Positions 12,428-24,085 of a stretch of 64,000 nt of DNA are shown piece after piece. The stretch's first letter is position 1. Each line of letters starts with the position of its first letter. Source of the DNA: Fimbriosthenelais zetlandica (Eukaryota); the NCBI GenBank assembly GCA_977030845.1, contig OZ365118.1, positions 19,406,001 through 19,470,000 of the forward strand. The letters are read 5' to 3'. The position numbers and the translations under genes were made by a program. Below the pieces are notes generated by a model, which saw only the letters and a program-made list of their open reading frames with translations, did no database searches and had not been told where the DNA came from.

Positions 12428-13209
12428 TACACACACGATCGTGTGAGGACACATGCTAATGACAAATCACAAAATGATGACACGCCAGACAACCAGTGTT
12501 GACTCAGGCAAGAGTTGAAAATACATCTACCCCCTGTCCTAACTACCCGTATCCGCCTTTTACTTTAAAACTGCACATTTGCAGCAAAATCTGAAGCAGG
12601 GATGTAGAACATATCTCTGGATCTAATAGATATAAAATAGCAGAATGTAGTGAAAATAAAACCAGCTCTTAAGACGAAAAATGTTCAGAATGATAAGGGA
12701 ATTTACCGGACCATTAGAATGATATCTGACCTGGAATCAGAAGGCATTCTAGTCTGAGATCATTGTACCAGATCTAAGCTGGTTCACATGAGGCCCTTTT
12801 ACATGCATGAAGTGCCCTTTTAGGCCCTCTACCTCTGAGAGTTAACTTCTCAGCGTTAAGGGTATCGGGTGTCGTTTTTCAATTCCATTTGAAGGCATTT
12901 CATCAAAACAAGCACCCTGACTGGCCATTTATAAGGCAGCGCTGTCAAAAGTATAGAGAAGGATTCATGAAATGTGGTCCATGTTGGAATGTATCTCTAC
13001 CACAGAGCCTTGTCCTCTACTGCCCCCTACTGGCCACACCTGTCACCACTCCAACCCTAATGTCCACTTTACGGGTTGGGGCTGGAAATGGGGATTGTTC
13101 TTACATACCTCTAACACCCCGGGTAGTCAGGGTAACTAGTGGACACCCATGGTCACTGTTTTTATTATGCCTGCCAGGAAATGACATAGAGGGTTCCCCA
13201 GAAGGCATG

Positions 13210-13460
13210 GTTCTCTATGGCAACAATGGCTGCTCGCCCCCCTCAAACCAGTCTCCAGTTCATGGGTTCCCCTCGTCTCAAAACCCGAGTTCCCACAAAT
13301 ATATGAAGGAAAGTCGTTGAGCCAATTGCACACATTGTAGAACGCTGAAATGTGACGTCATTATGGGCCATTTTCACAGAGAGGGGTTACTTCCGGTCAG
13401 CCGGCTGTTACTTCCGGCCGCGCAGGCGTGAACGTTAGCTATCCATGGTGCGCACGCGCA
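13210..13460. promoter_or_regulatory. Promoter-like cluster: X-box, CRE, YY1, two ETS sites, NRF1
   Basis: GTTCTC-TAT-GGCAAC 13210-13224; TGACGTCA 13353-13360; GCCATTTT 13367-13374; ACTTCCGG 13389-13396 and 13410-13417; TGCGCACGCGCA 13449-13460. This combination is typical of TATA-less animal housekeeping promoters. Confidence 0.6.
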
Positions 13461-15852
13461 GTGCGTCCTTCCTGGAGGGAGCCATGTTATGGTGGAATGA
13501 TTCCATCTGTCTAATCACACATAGCGTCTAAATACATCATGTAGTGTGAAAATATTACCCCATACCCCCTGCTACCAGCTACATTATGACATCATTCAAA
13601 CTTAATGTTTCTGGTAAAAATAACACGTTAAGGGAAATGACCCAATGTATCCAACAATCATATTCAATTAAAGTCTTTCAGTACAGAACAAAACTGTATT
13701 ATTGCTCTGAAGCAATCAGACTTTGGTATTGAAATATAGACTCAGTTTTCAGACATTTCTATAGTTGAAAAACTGAATTAGTTGGCAATAAAATACGTCC
13801 ATAATTTGACATAAATCGCTTCCAAAGCAGCAAGCAAAAAGTTGTTTTCCACTTTTTGAGGAAGACAAGCCAGACACTTGTTGCAAGGCAATTGAAAAGT
13901 CAATGCCCTTAACCAATGTCCTCAAAAAAAACCCAGCCAGGGGTGAGAGATAAAAACGAGGGTAATTGTAGATATGTCTTCTACTCTAGAATTACACTCA
14001 CATGACCATCTGGCGGTTCAAAAAGCACAGAACCAATCCTCCCAGCCAGACCCAGGCTTATTCCTCTAACTACCTCGAGGGGCTTAAACAGGGTGAGTAG
14101 GCTGGAATCCCACTCACCAACAATCCACCCACTCCACATTGTAAGATATGAAACAGATACTTTCACTGAGGATTAGTATTGAGGGATCCATAGGACGGTA
14201 TTAAGCTGATTGTTGATTTGGGGGTCTATGTTCAGGGGGAGGGATTAGGAGGATTAGAGGAGACAAGTATGTGGTTGGAGTGGTCATTGTGAGTAGTGGT
14301 CAAGGCCTGATGGTTGAGGCTATTATTGTGGTCAGTTTGACAGGACCAAGGTATAGGTAGGGATGAGATAAAGGCTATACCACACCCCCTCTACCCACCA
14401 CACCAGCTGCTAACTGTCACAACCCCTACCTCACTCACACATAGCCAGGCCTGATGATGAGCCTCAACCCATCACTAAATCTTCCCCAAATTCATTTGTT
14501 TCAAACCTACCCATTACCCGTCTATTTAGACAAGGTAAAAAGTACATGAGAAACTAATATTAGCAGGAGGTGATGGAAGATAAATGTAAATGAAGACCGA
14601 GTGGAGGTCTGTTAAAAGTTACCAGCCATTCGTGATTGTAAGTTGACATGAAATGTCATAAATTACCTGTCAACAACCTCCACTACATGAATTACCAATG
14701 TTCAGGTAGGTCTGGTTAAGAGTGGGGTTTAGACGGGCCGATTAAGATGCATGGTAAAAAGAACACCTCAAAAAATGACTACATGTCAAAAAAGATGGCA
14801 TGTCATTGAGACAACTTAAAAGGTGATGACAATGCGACTAATTTATGACTAATGACTACTCAACCTTTAATGCCTATTAAAGGTAGTCAACATTTTTTCC
14901 TTTTTCTGGAACCAAACTCGTGAGAGGGCAAACGCAATGTGTATCTGCAGACAAAAGGCAATATACAAAGTCCTTCCATTGTCTGTGGATAGTTTGAATC
15001 AGCATCTGAAGCTGGAACAAGGCTTGGTTCTCTCTTTATTCTGGGAATTGTAATGAGAGGGAGCACCTTTTCACGGTAGATAATGGAGGTAGACTTGACT
15101 CGATCACTCATGAATCCTATCACAATGTTTACGACTATCCTACAGACCCCCACACACTGTTACAGACCCATACCCCAAACATCTGCCTTTCAGTTGATAA
15201 TGGTCGCCACCAAATAAAGATAATGGCCTGGCGTAATACACCCATTAATAATGGTAACGTCCGGCAGATAATCCCATACATTCAGTGACTGGCAATAAAG
15301 CTACATTACATAGCCCTTTATTGATGCCACTGCCTCGAGATTCAGACATTTTACAAATGAAAATGGGAAATATGAAAAGGATATAGAGGCTGCCACTTGT
15401 TATGTTGTAACAGTAATTGTCAGATAAAAAAATATGAATGGCAGGAAGCCTGCAGGAAATGCTAACTGTTTAATGTATTTATTTTTACCAAGAGAAAATC
15501 TTCGCGATTTTATTTCATATTTTAACCCGAAAACTGAAGTTATTCTCACATCAGATTGAACCTAAATCCCACAAGTTCTGCAGAGAATATGTGACCTGTA
15601 TCATATGGAATAATATTATGCAGGGATATTAATTTTGTGCCAAATATTATTGGCGCAAAGTTATGAATGATAGGAGTACCTGCCGTGGCAGCTGCAGACT
15701 TGTAGCATTGGGAGATCCTGAGGGCACAACTCCATCCACCATGCTTCATATAGAGAACCCACCTTTTCTTTCAGCGACCATGGCCGCGGGCAGTCTATCC
15801 CTACCCCGTCTATACCCATAGGGTCAAGCTAAAAAGGGTCATCACAGCTTAT

Positions 15853-15866
15853 GTTTCCATGGTTAC
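15853..15866. promoter_or_regulatory. RFX X-box-like site
   Basis: GTTTCC-AT-GGTTAC. Confidence 0.4.
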
Positions 15867-18358
15867 CTCGTGGATATCCTTTATCTGTAAGGGTCAGGAG
15901 TCAGAGAGTGACGTAGAGGGAGACAATAGAAAGCTTGTGTCCACCGGGACCTGACTTTACTGTAACTTTTAACAAGTTCCCCTCAACACATACCATGAAG
16001 TCCATGCTGGTACGATACTACAGGTATCACCTTCTATAGGCTTGATTCTGATATGGCAACATCTGCCTGTAACTATTGAACACTATGACTTGTAGAGACT
16101 TTAAGGTTCCGCAACAAACGTTCCTAAGTGAAGTGAACAATGCTGGGAGGCTACATTCACTGTTTTTGTCTTGTATTAGGTGTTGTTTTTGGCCAGGTGC
16201 TCATTTTTGCTCACAGGTTGAAATATTCCATTGCTAACTTGAGTCACAATACCTGCCTCCTCAAAGGCAGTGCTTTGAAACATCAAGCGTATCTCTTCCA
16301 TGTGTTTTATTTGTTTGATTGCTCAACAGTCAACAATGCCTAGAAGGGTTCATTTACAAAGGTCACCAGTGTTTTAGATATTATACTCATATCTGTCATG
16401 TGAAGTGGGCTTTTTTTCAGATGTTAAATTAGGACAAATGCGAAATGAGACAAGCCATCTGATAACGTCTGACTCCCTACTTTGATGGTAGCTTAGCTTC
16501 CATGACTGAGAAGATTAACAATTCTCAGCCAGCGAGTTTTGTGTGACAAATATCATATCTGTAAATCTCAAATCAAACCTTCACACTGAGGCATTCACAT
16601 GGTGGAGTCCCTGTATGTTTTGCCTACATTGCCATGCACCGCAATCCAATCCATCTACTTCAACATTCAAAAGAACCAGAGAAATATATTTCTTTGATTT
16701 GCATGCATTTAATAATGTGTATCTATCACTGAAACCACTATATCCGTTTGTAGGATAATGGTTTGATACCTGCAATTATACATCAATGAGATAATTGCTT
16801 CTATCATAGTATTTCTAGGTCTACTCTTATATAAATGACATATCCATTATTTTAGAGATGATATTTTGAGATAGTAAAATGACAACCTAATAATCTTTAA
16901 TGAACTGCGATGAAATGATGTAATGAAAAGGTGTATAAGTACCTTTGTTTGGTTCATTGATGAAGGGACAATTCCGAGAATTGATAATATTGTGCCGACA
17001 AGGGAAGATTCTGAACCCCCATTGAATCAATATTAGAATTTCCCCATTAATTTCTCTAAGCATTGAAGACGCAACGGTGGTTGAAATAGAAAGGAATTTC
17101 AAGGCAATATTTGAGTTTGGGATAGCGGACTTTTATCAGAAGATTAGCTTATCGTTTTTTCTATGTTTTCCCATGAGGGTCGGCACTGTAGGGGGCACTT
17201 TGATGGGGCAGTGGTTTGTCTCAGTTCTGAGAGAGCCACCAGATGGTGGGGGACCTAATACCTCACCTTCAGAAAGAACAAGTTACATAAAAATGACGTA
17301 ATACTGATTACATGGATCAATCTTATCCACTATCGATACCAGAACATTCCACGGTAGACGAACATTTCAATAGACAACCGGCCAACACAGATGCTTGCTT
17401 GTCAAGAGGTATCCGAGGAAACCTTTCAACTTGTCCTCCACATTTCTGGACCATTTCAAATGAAATGGGTAATGATTGGATAGAGCACGGGGCAGGTTTC
17501 CACGCCGCCAGGTGGTGTGATAATCGCTAGGTGAGCGATAATGGGGGGTTAGAGGGATGTTACGTCAGTACTCCCTCTGATGTTCGAAACCTAGCTATAG
17601 ACTGAGAGTGAAGAAGAGTCTGCCTCGCTGAAGACATATGGTCAATTAGCTCAAGTAAAATGTCTCGTGTTGAGCCAAACTGTCGTTTTGAGCATTTTTA
17701 CGAGTGCTAATTTGTGTGTTCTCCTACAAAATGTGTGACACGAGACCTTGCATATGGCCACTCCCACCCCTACCCGCTATAAGTTGCATACACATTTAGC
17801 AACTTTTCCCCACAGAGTTGCAGATATTTTCATTCGCACATTCAGCTGTTTTCCCAGTAAGTTGCGTACATTTTTAACCTGCGACCAAGTCTCTTTTAAA
17901 AGTATATCCTTCTGATACATCTCAGAGAGTGGACAGTTACATTAGTCCAGAATAATGAACACCTTGACCATTGTCTACTGACCGTTCTAACGTTTCCATA
18001 GTGGACTATAGAGGGACTTAATTACACTGAATCTCATTAAGGCCCACAGCCACATACTGTGGTAAGATGGCTGAGACTTCAATTAAAGCATTTCTTTACA
18101 CAGGGATCTTTTCTTAATGGAATACCCACATCACTTCTACGCAGCAAGCACTGAGAATAGCCTCTACCTGTCTCTCCTCCCTTCTTTATTAGACAAGGAA
18201 TAAGTGGGCGTTCTTATCCAAACAACAGTGCCATCTGTCTAGGGATTTAATGATCTCAGTTAATGGGTATCAATTAAGCGAATCAACGGACGCTGTTAGA
18301 TCAGGCGTTCCTTGGTGGATCCTCCCCCTGTAACGAACAAACCCCGCTATTCACAAAT

Positions 18359-18510
18359 CACGTGGGACGTCACGTGGGTGAGATATGTACGAGACTACAT
18401 CCCCTCAGTCAGGTGCCTCCAAACGAGGCTAATTCTCATAGCGAGGCGTGTGCCTCTTGCCCGTACAATGCGCCCCCCTGGTGGGGAGAACGTGCATCAG
18501 GGAGGTGAGT
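18359..18510 (+). promoter_or_regulatory. Paired CACGTG E-boxes upstream of a possible short first exon
   Basis: TCACGTGGG x2 (cores 18359 and 18371) around GACGTCA; ATG at 18468 (MRPPGGENVHQG); donor GAG|GTGAGT at 18504/18505. No homology support. Confidence 0.25.
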
Positions 18511-19024
18511 GTTATATAAGGGACACCTGTATAGAGTAGAGTGAGAGGGGTTGAGATGTGTAGCCGTGTGTAAATATTGCTACAGTTAGACTATCTCAGG
18601 TAGGTCCTCACACACTCCCTCCCCCTCAACTAATTAACCATGATTTGTGGTGAAATTCAAACAGAAAGCAAGAGCACAAACAACAGAATCGCAACAAAAT
18701 CGCAGCAATAAATCTGCCAGATGCGATCCTGATGGGTAGTAGGAGGAGATAGCCTGTATATCTGATGAGGTATTTATTCAAGGATCAAATTAACAAAAGA
18801 TCATTTGCAATAATCCTAAGAGATGGGTAAATCGGGTGATAAATCATTGGTGAGATAACTCCTGCTCTTTTCTGTACATTCCCCATTAGTGTAAACCAAC
18901 ATAACGGGGCATGAAGGGCTCCACCCAAACGGTGCTTATCTGTGAAGGGGCAATATACAATGGACAATAGTACAACAATGCTGGGTCCTCCATCAACCCA
19001 TTGTTCCCATTGTAGTCAGACCCT

Positions 19025-19338
19025 AGCAATGACCAAGGAAGGGTTGTTCATTTACAGAACCCTGATTGTCAAATATTTCACTTGGTCGTTGAAGTGGCCA
19101 TCGCCTCCAAGAGAAATTTTATCTTGGTTAAAATTAATGGCTGTCCTTTAGAAACGAACACCTTTAAAGCACAAGAGAACTGAACGAAGGAAGGGTTCTG
19201 CAGAACCGATTCCCATATGTTTCACTTGGTCGTTGAAGTGGCCGTCGCCTCCAAGGAAAAAATATCTTGGTAAAATGAACGGATGTCCTTTTTGAAATCT
19301 GATATTCACTTGGTCGTTGAATCGGCCATCGCCTCCAA
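19025..19338 (+). repeat. Repeat array A: AGCAATGACCAAG arm plus 3 x TTCACTTGGTCGTTGAA..GGCC(A/G)TCGCCTCCAA
   Basis: CTTGGTCG cores at 19081, 19225, 19309 (spacing 144 and 84); about 34-bp conserved core; related array at 58173-58469. Confidence 0.85.
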
Positions 19339-21896
19339 TACATTAAACGGACAAGAAAACTGTATTTTCCTACAGTGAAAACTTGTCTATTGTTCCACCT
19401 ATTCCTTTCAGGGTGTAACAATATTACAAGTAGTAACAATGCAGTAAATCCCTCATTAAGTTAACGTCTCATAATGTTTGTTAAACATTACCCAGTCATG
19501 TACACAAGTCATCACCAATGGCCATGTCGGTTACCACTTCCGGACCCCTCAGGGCCTTTCCCAATTCTAACAGACAATACTGCCATAGCTTGAATTGATG
19601 GGGCATCATATCTGGTGTAGAAATGACTTGTGACAATATTCCTGGACAAAGCAGGCATTGTTCCTGACGTGTGGATAACGGACCATTTGGCTTAACACTA
19701 ATCCTAATACGCCACTGTTTACAGACTGGATTTTCTAGAATTAGTAGGTGACAAGTTTCACCTTGACTGTGGAGAGTTGACACATGGTTCACACCTATAA
19801 GATAAGAGAAGTGTGAAGGGGACACTTTCACTGATTTATATACAAGTCAGCGGAAATCAGTGACAGTCCAATCAAACATGGACGTCATTGATGCTTCACA
19901 GAATGGCCCAGTGATGTATATTTCCTACATATATACAGTTTTTGTTTGTAAGCAAACAATTCTGTTTCCTCCACATGTTCCCCGGTTGTGCCCTATCTTA
20001 TAGGGGCAAACCTTCTAGCTCTTCTTGGCAATAAGGCATTGCTTGTAACAGATTTCACCAAGACCTGATTGCTTTGGATTCTGTATACTAGTGAAGGAAC
20101 TGCCCTTGTACTAAATGCTTTAAATTCTAATTTAATTCCAGCATCATTATCATTAGTTCCCGACTGTAGAAGTGATGGCCCTTCTCTCCACTTCTTCAAC
20201 CTAATACCCTAGTACATTCAGTGCTGTACAATTAGCCATTTTTTATCAAAGCCCTTGCCCAGCATCAGCAGGAATTAAATCCTAAATAACGGGTTAAAGC
20301 GTGGGTGGGGGTGTTCTGAATGATGCCACTTGAACCTGTAACTTGCCCCGGCTTGGGAGAGGCAGGCAGTATGATTAGTATTCTGCTGAGTGGTATTTAT
20401 CTAAGTGGAGGGGTGGGCCCGCCACCCCGAGGTGGGGTAAAAGACAAGTCCTAGAAGTCACAGACTTTTGTGATGATTCCATTGATAGGCAGTGGGAGAG
20501 AGAGGAAAAGGCTGAGTTGGCCAGGGTATTGTCAGGTACACAGAGGGGAGCAGTATGATAGGCCATGACACACCTGTCCCCTCACACCTGCCTCTTACCT
20601 CCAATAAGCTGAGTAACCTGTATATACAAGTGGACACCTCCAGGCCTTCAAAGTGTGCCAGGAATAATGGAAATCTCTAACGAGGGGCTCCAAAAGTGGC
20701 AAAGTAACAAGTGTGCACATAAATATCCAGCCATGCTCGCCATGTTTCCACCGCTTTCATTGAGCCCCAGATGTTTCATATTGCTTCAACCAGGAACTTG
20801 TTATTGCTTCAAAGAACCACTCGAGCTTCACTGGTTTTTAATTTACAACTTTTTCCACAAATATTTTCACTACCCCCTCCATTCCCACAAAGAGCTACTA
20901 AATTAATTTTCACAAACCAGGACAATTCACTAAAGCTCATTGATTGTAATCAACCACCTTTTCCCAGAAGTCAGTAGATAGGCATCTTTAAAAATAAAAA
21001 GGCTAAAACTAAAGGGCTCTTTCATCCAACAACCGACTGAGGTTTTCATAAATCAGGTTTTTTTTCTGTGTTTTGGGGAGCCGTATCAGGTGTCCGCCAT
21101 CTTTATAACTGCTCACCTGTGTCGCCTTGGCCGCTGACCAAAGCGCCACCTTGTACCCCCTTTACACAACTCCCCACTAATGACCCCCATTACCGCTGAC
21201 TCTCCGCTGAATTTTGACAGTTGTCAAAATATATGGACTAGCCGCAAGCGAGAATGGTGGAGATTTAGCATGATCGGCCCTCGTTAAGGCTATGTCCCGA
21301 CCCGCCCTGACAAAAGATGTTAACATTAACCCATGCTACTTAATTAGCCGCTTCCTTTCCTAACTGTATATTTCTTCATTCTAACCACCAGTGCACGATG
21401 AAAGTTTTTTTTCACCTGCCTGATTTGTTTGGTTCAATTAGTGATTTTTTACAGACACCTGTGGCTACAATCATACAAGCAGTATCATGTATATATCTCC
21501 TCCCATTATCCCCCAACAACAAGGACATGAAACTATAAAAGCTTGGATGGTCAAAAGAGTTTGGCATGATTCCAAATCAGATTTGAGAATATGTGAAACA
21601 GGTTAATTTCCCAACCTTTATTAGCAAAATAATGGTCCTTTATTATGAGCAACAGATTTCAGTTAAAGACCAATTAATTCCTTTAAAATAAAGCATAAAA
21701 GTGCTACATTACCACTAGGGTTGATACCAAGAAGGCCAACTATTCATTCATCTCACCTGAAAATGAGCAGAAATATAATTATTATCAGACATGTCAACAT
21801 ATGATAGATAACATGTAAATAACGCCTGCCGGGGCATGGCGTACTGTCTTTGTTAGAATGATACAGTGAGAAATTCAAATACAGTCTACCTAGCGA

Positions 21897-22073
21897 CAGG
21901 TGTGTGTAACAGGTCTGTATTTTTTGTTATTAACGAGGATCCGTGCAGGTAACAGCCGTGTGATATAGATCCAGTATACACCTGACAGATGTACCTGTAC
22001 AGGTAATAATGATAGCAATTATACCAGGTGAATCCCTAACGGCCGGTAACATATGTAGTCTTACAGACAGGTG
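21897..22073. promoter_or_regulatory. Cluster of 7 CAGGTR/YACCTG sites (ZEB/Snail type)
   Basis: Sites at 21897, 21946, 21979, 21992, 22000, 22025, 22068. Confidence 0.3.
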
Positions 22074-22607
22074 AAAGGGGAGAAAAAGGTAGATAAAGAT
22101 CCCACCGTGTGTAGATTACGTGACACGCATGTATCCAGCAAGATCTAAACCGAAACTAACTATAGGTAGATCCCAGAAATGGTTCCTTACTAAATACATG
22201 TATTGAAGCCCACCACTGCGTGGGGCTTTTGGAATATGCCCTTCTTTGGAATGTTAGTCATAATTCTGAATGATTTATTATGTCACTTGTGAGAATCATG
22301 CTTTGGGTGTAGGAGCCATGCATTCTAGAATTCAAATTCAAATCCTGTTATAGTGAGGATAGAATCACCAGGCATGACTAATGATGGGGCTGGTTTAGAG
22401 AGAGGATTATACCCCAACCCTGACAACATTCCATCTTAAAATCAACCCCAACCGCTGAAAGCCCAACGACTTTCCCGCTGATCAGGACAGAGTAACATTT
22501 CATTTCCTTATGAAAGTGACTTGTGTCAGGATTTAACGACGTGGTGCCCAGCAGGGGCGCCACTGTCACCTTGTAAAGCCGGGGGGCGTTAGGTGGGGGC
22601 TAGGATC

Positions 22608-22686
22608 CAAGATGGCGCCGCTTTATATGACACCTGTAGGAAGCCTGGCGATCCTAATCAGCTATAGGGAGGGAGGGGGTTGGGGG
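22608..22686 (+). promoter_or_regulatory. YY1-type motif followed by a compact G4 motif
   Basis: CAAGATGGCGCCG 22608-22620; GGG-A-GGG-A-GGGGG-TT-GGGGG 22668-22686. Confidence 0.4.
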
Positions 22687-23995
22687 AGGCCTGGCTGACG
22701 TCTGGCACGTGCCTGCCTCCCTCCACCACCCTCTCAGGTAGATGATTGATGCTCACAGCTCGCCGGGAGCGTGCACCGCGGCAGTAAATCTTTTGAATCT
22801 TTTGAAAGTCTGATTATTAGTGCGAGTCGGATCTTTAACGGACAAAACCCTGGCCAGTGAACAAGTATAATAAGCATCAGTCGGGGAGGCAGGTCCCAGA
22901 GAGGGGGCTAATGGAATTATACCCGGCAAGAAAGGGCCTTCCTCAGACATGCCGGGGTGGAATTTTATATCTTAAAACTCAGAAAAAATGCTTCCCTCCC
23001 CCTCAGGGATGACATAAAAAACCTTCTTCAAAGGCTCGTCCATGTCTTGTTTTTTTAATCAGTTCAAATTTTCAAAAATAGCAAAAAATGTAATAGTCAA
23101 GGAGGCATTAGTGAGAATTTGCGAGTGTGTTGTGATAGTGGAAATATGGGGTCATAGTACTAGTGTTAGGTCAGTGTATGATAATCGATAAGGTCGATTC
23201 TCCCCCCATGTATACAATCCAAATCTCTAATGTTAGAAGTTGATATCTTATCAACCTCTTGACTTGTTTTTATTGAAGTCCTCCGTTCGGTCGTTGCTGC
23301 AGGTGTCTCCCCTTGACCCACCAAGCCCCTGTCAATCACTGGAGGGCAGGCCACGCCCACCTCCATAGATCACTCACCTACAGTTTACCAAGGCAAAAAA
23401 CCAACATCAAAAGATGCTTTATGTGCAATGTTAAATGTAAGCTAATCACCCCAACCGGCTTTTCCTTTAATTTGTGGGTTGGACGTCCACACTACCAGCC
23501 CCTGGGTGTGAGTAGATATACTGGCCCCTTCCACCATGGCTCCCAGGCATGATGGTTAATATATTTAGATGTTCCTACTAAGTGGAATACATTACGCTCA
23601 TTCTGTGTACTTTTGATTAATGATGCATACCGAAATAATAACCGGTATATTATTAGGTGTAGCACTTCCTAGTCATACTTAAGGCTTGAATAAATTTACC
23701 TTCATTTGCATCTTTTGACAACCTTTGCTGACATTTTAATGTTAGGAACAAGTACTGGTGTCATAATAAGCCATAAGCTATATGGAGTACATATATAGTA
23801 TATATATATAGACTGTTTAAAAGGGATTTTACTCCAAAGTTAATGGAGACTATAAAGTACATGTATATTCCATTCATCTTTGACCAGTGTAACACACATA
23901 ATCATTGAGCGTGTTGGGCTGTTTTACCATAAATAACCAGAACTCCGTACATTTCAAACTGAATGATATACGGACGTTAAATTAATTCATGAGGC

Positions 23996-24085
23996 CATGG
24001 AGAGCCATCTATAAATGGCGGGTGAATGCCTTCCGTCCTACATGGAGAGCCATCTATAAATGGCGGGTGAATGCCTTCCGTCCTA
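23996..24085 (+). repeat. Exact 45-bp tandem duplication
   Basis: CATGGAGAGCCATCTATAAATGGCGGGTGAATGCCTTCCGTCCTA x2, with no mismatch. Confidence 0.95.

Noticed and set aside
12755-12766. bantam miRNA-like TGAGATCATTGT
   Set aside because: Only the 5' 12 nt match and no precursor hairpin is visible.
15775-15886. Exon resembling a Cys-loop receptor pre-M1/M1 segment (LKR...SWISF)
   Set aside because: It lacks the central residues including the conserved Pro, and the segment contains an X-box-like site that explains it equally well.
17235-17249. CTCF-like sites (also 8764, 14003, 18470, 22547, 58931)
   Set aside because: Each has 1-3 mismatches in the core and cannot be told from chance without a PWM scan.
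17582-17590. Pol III B-box (GTTCGAAAC) of a tRNA or SINE
   Set aside because: No A-box at suitable distance, no cloverleaf and no SINE tail.
19081-19338. CRISPR-like array (also 58281-58469)
   Set aside because: Only three degenerate units, spacers are partly homologous and very unequal, no cas genes, and the context is eukaryotic.
7124-20632. Shared 14-mer TGTATATACAAGTG at 7124 and 20619
   Set aside because: Several 14-mer coincidences are expected in a 64-kb AT-rich self-comparison.
21117-21206. 90-nt symmetric minus-strand exon (GESAVMGVISGELCK...)
   Set aside because: Good donor but mediocre acceptor and no homology; such candidates are expected by chance in 128 kb of sequence.
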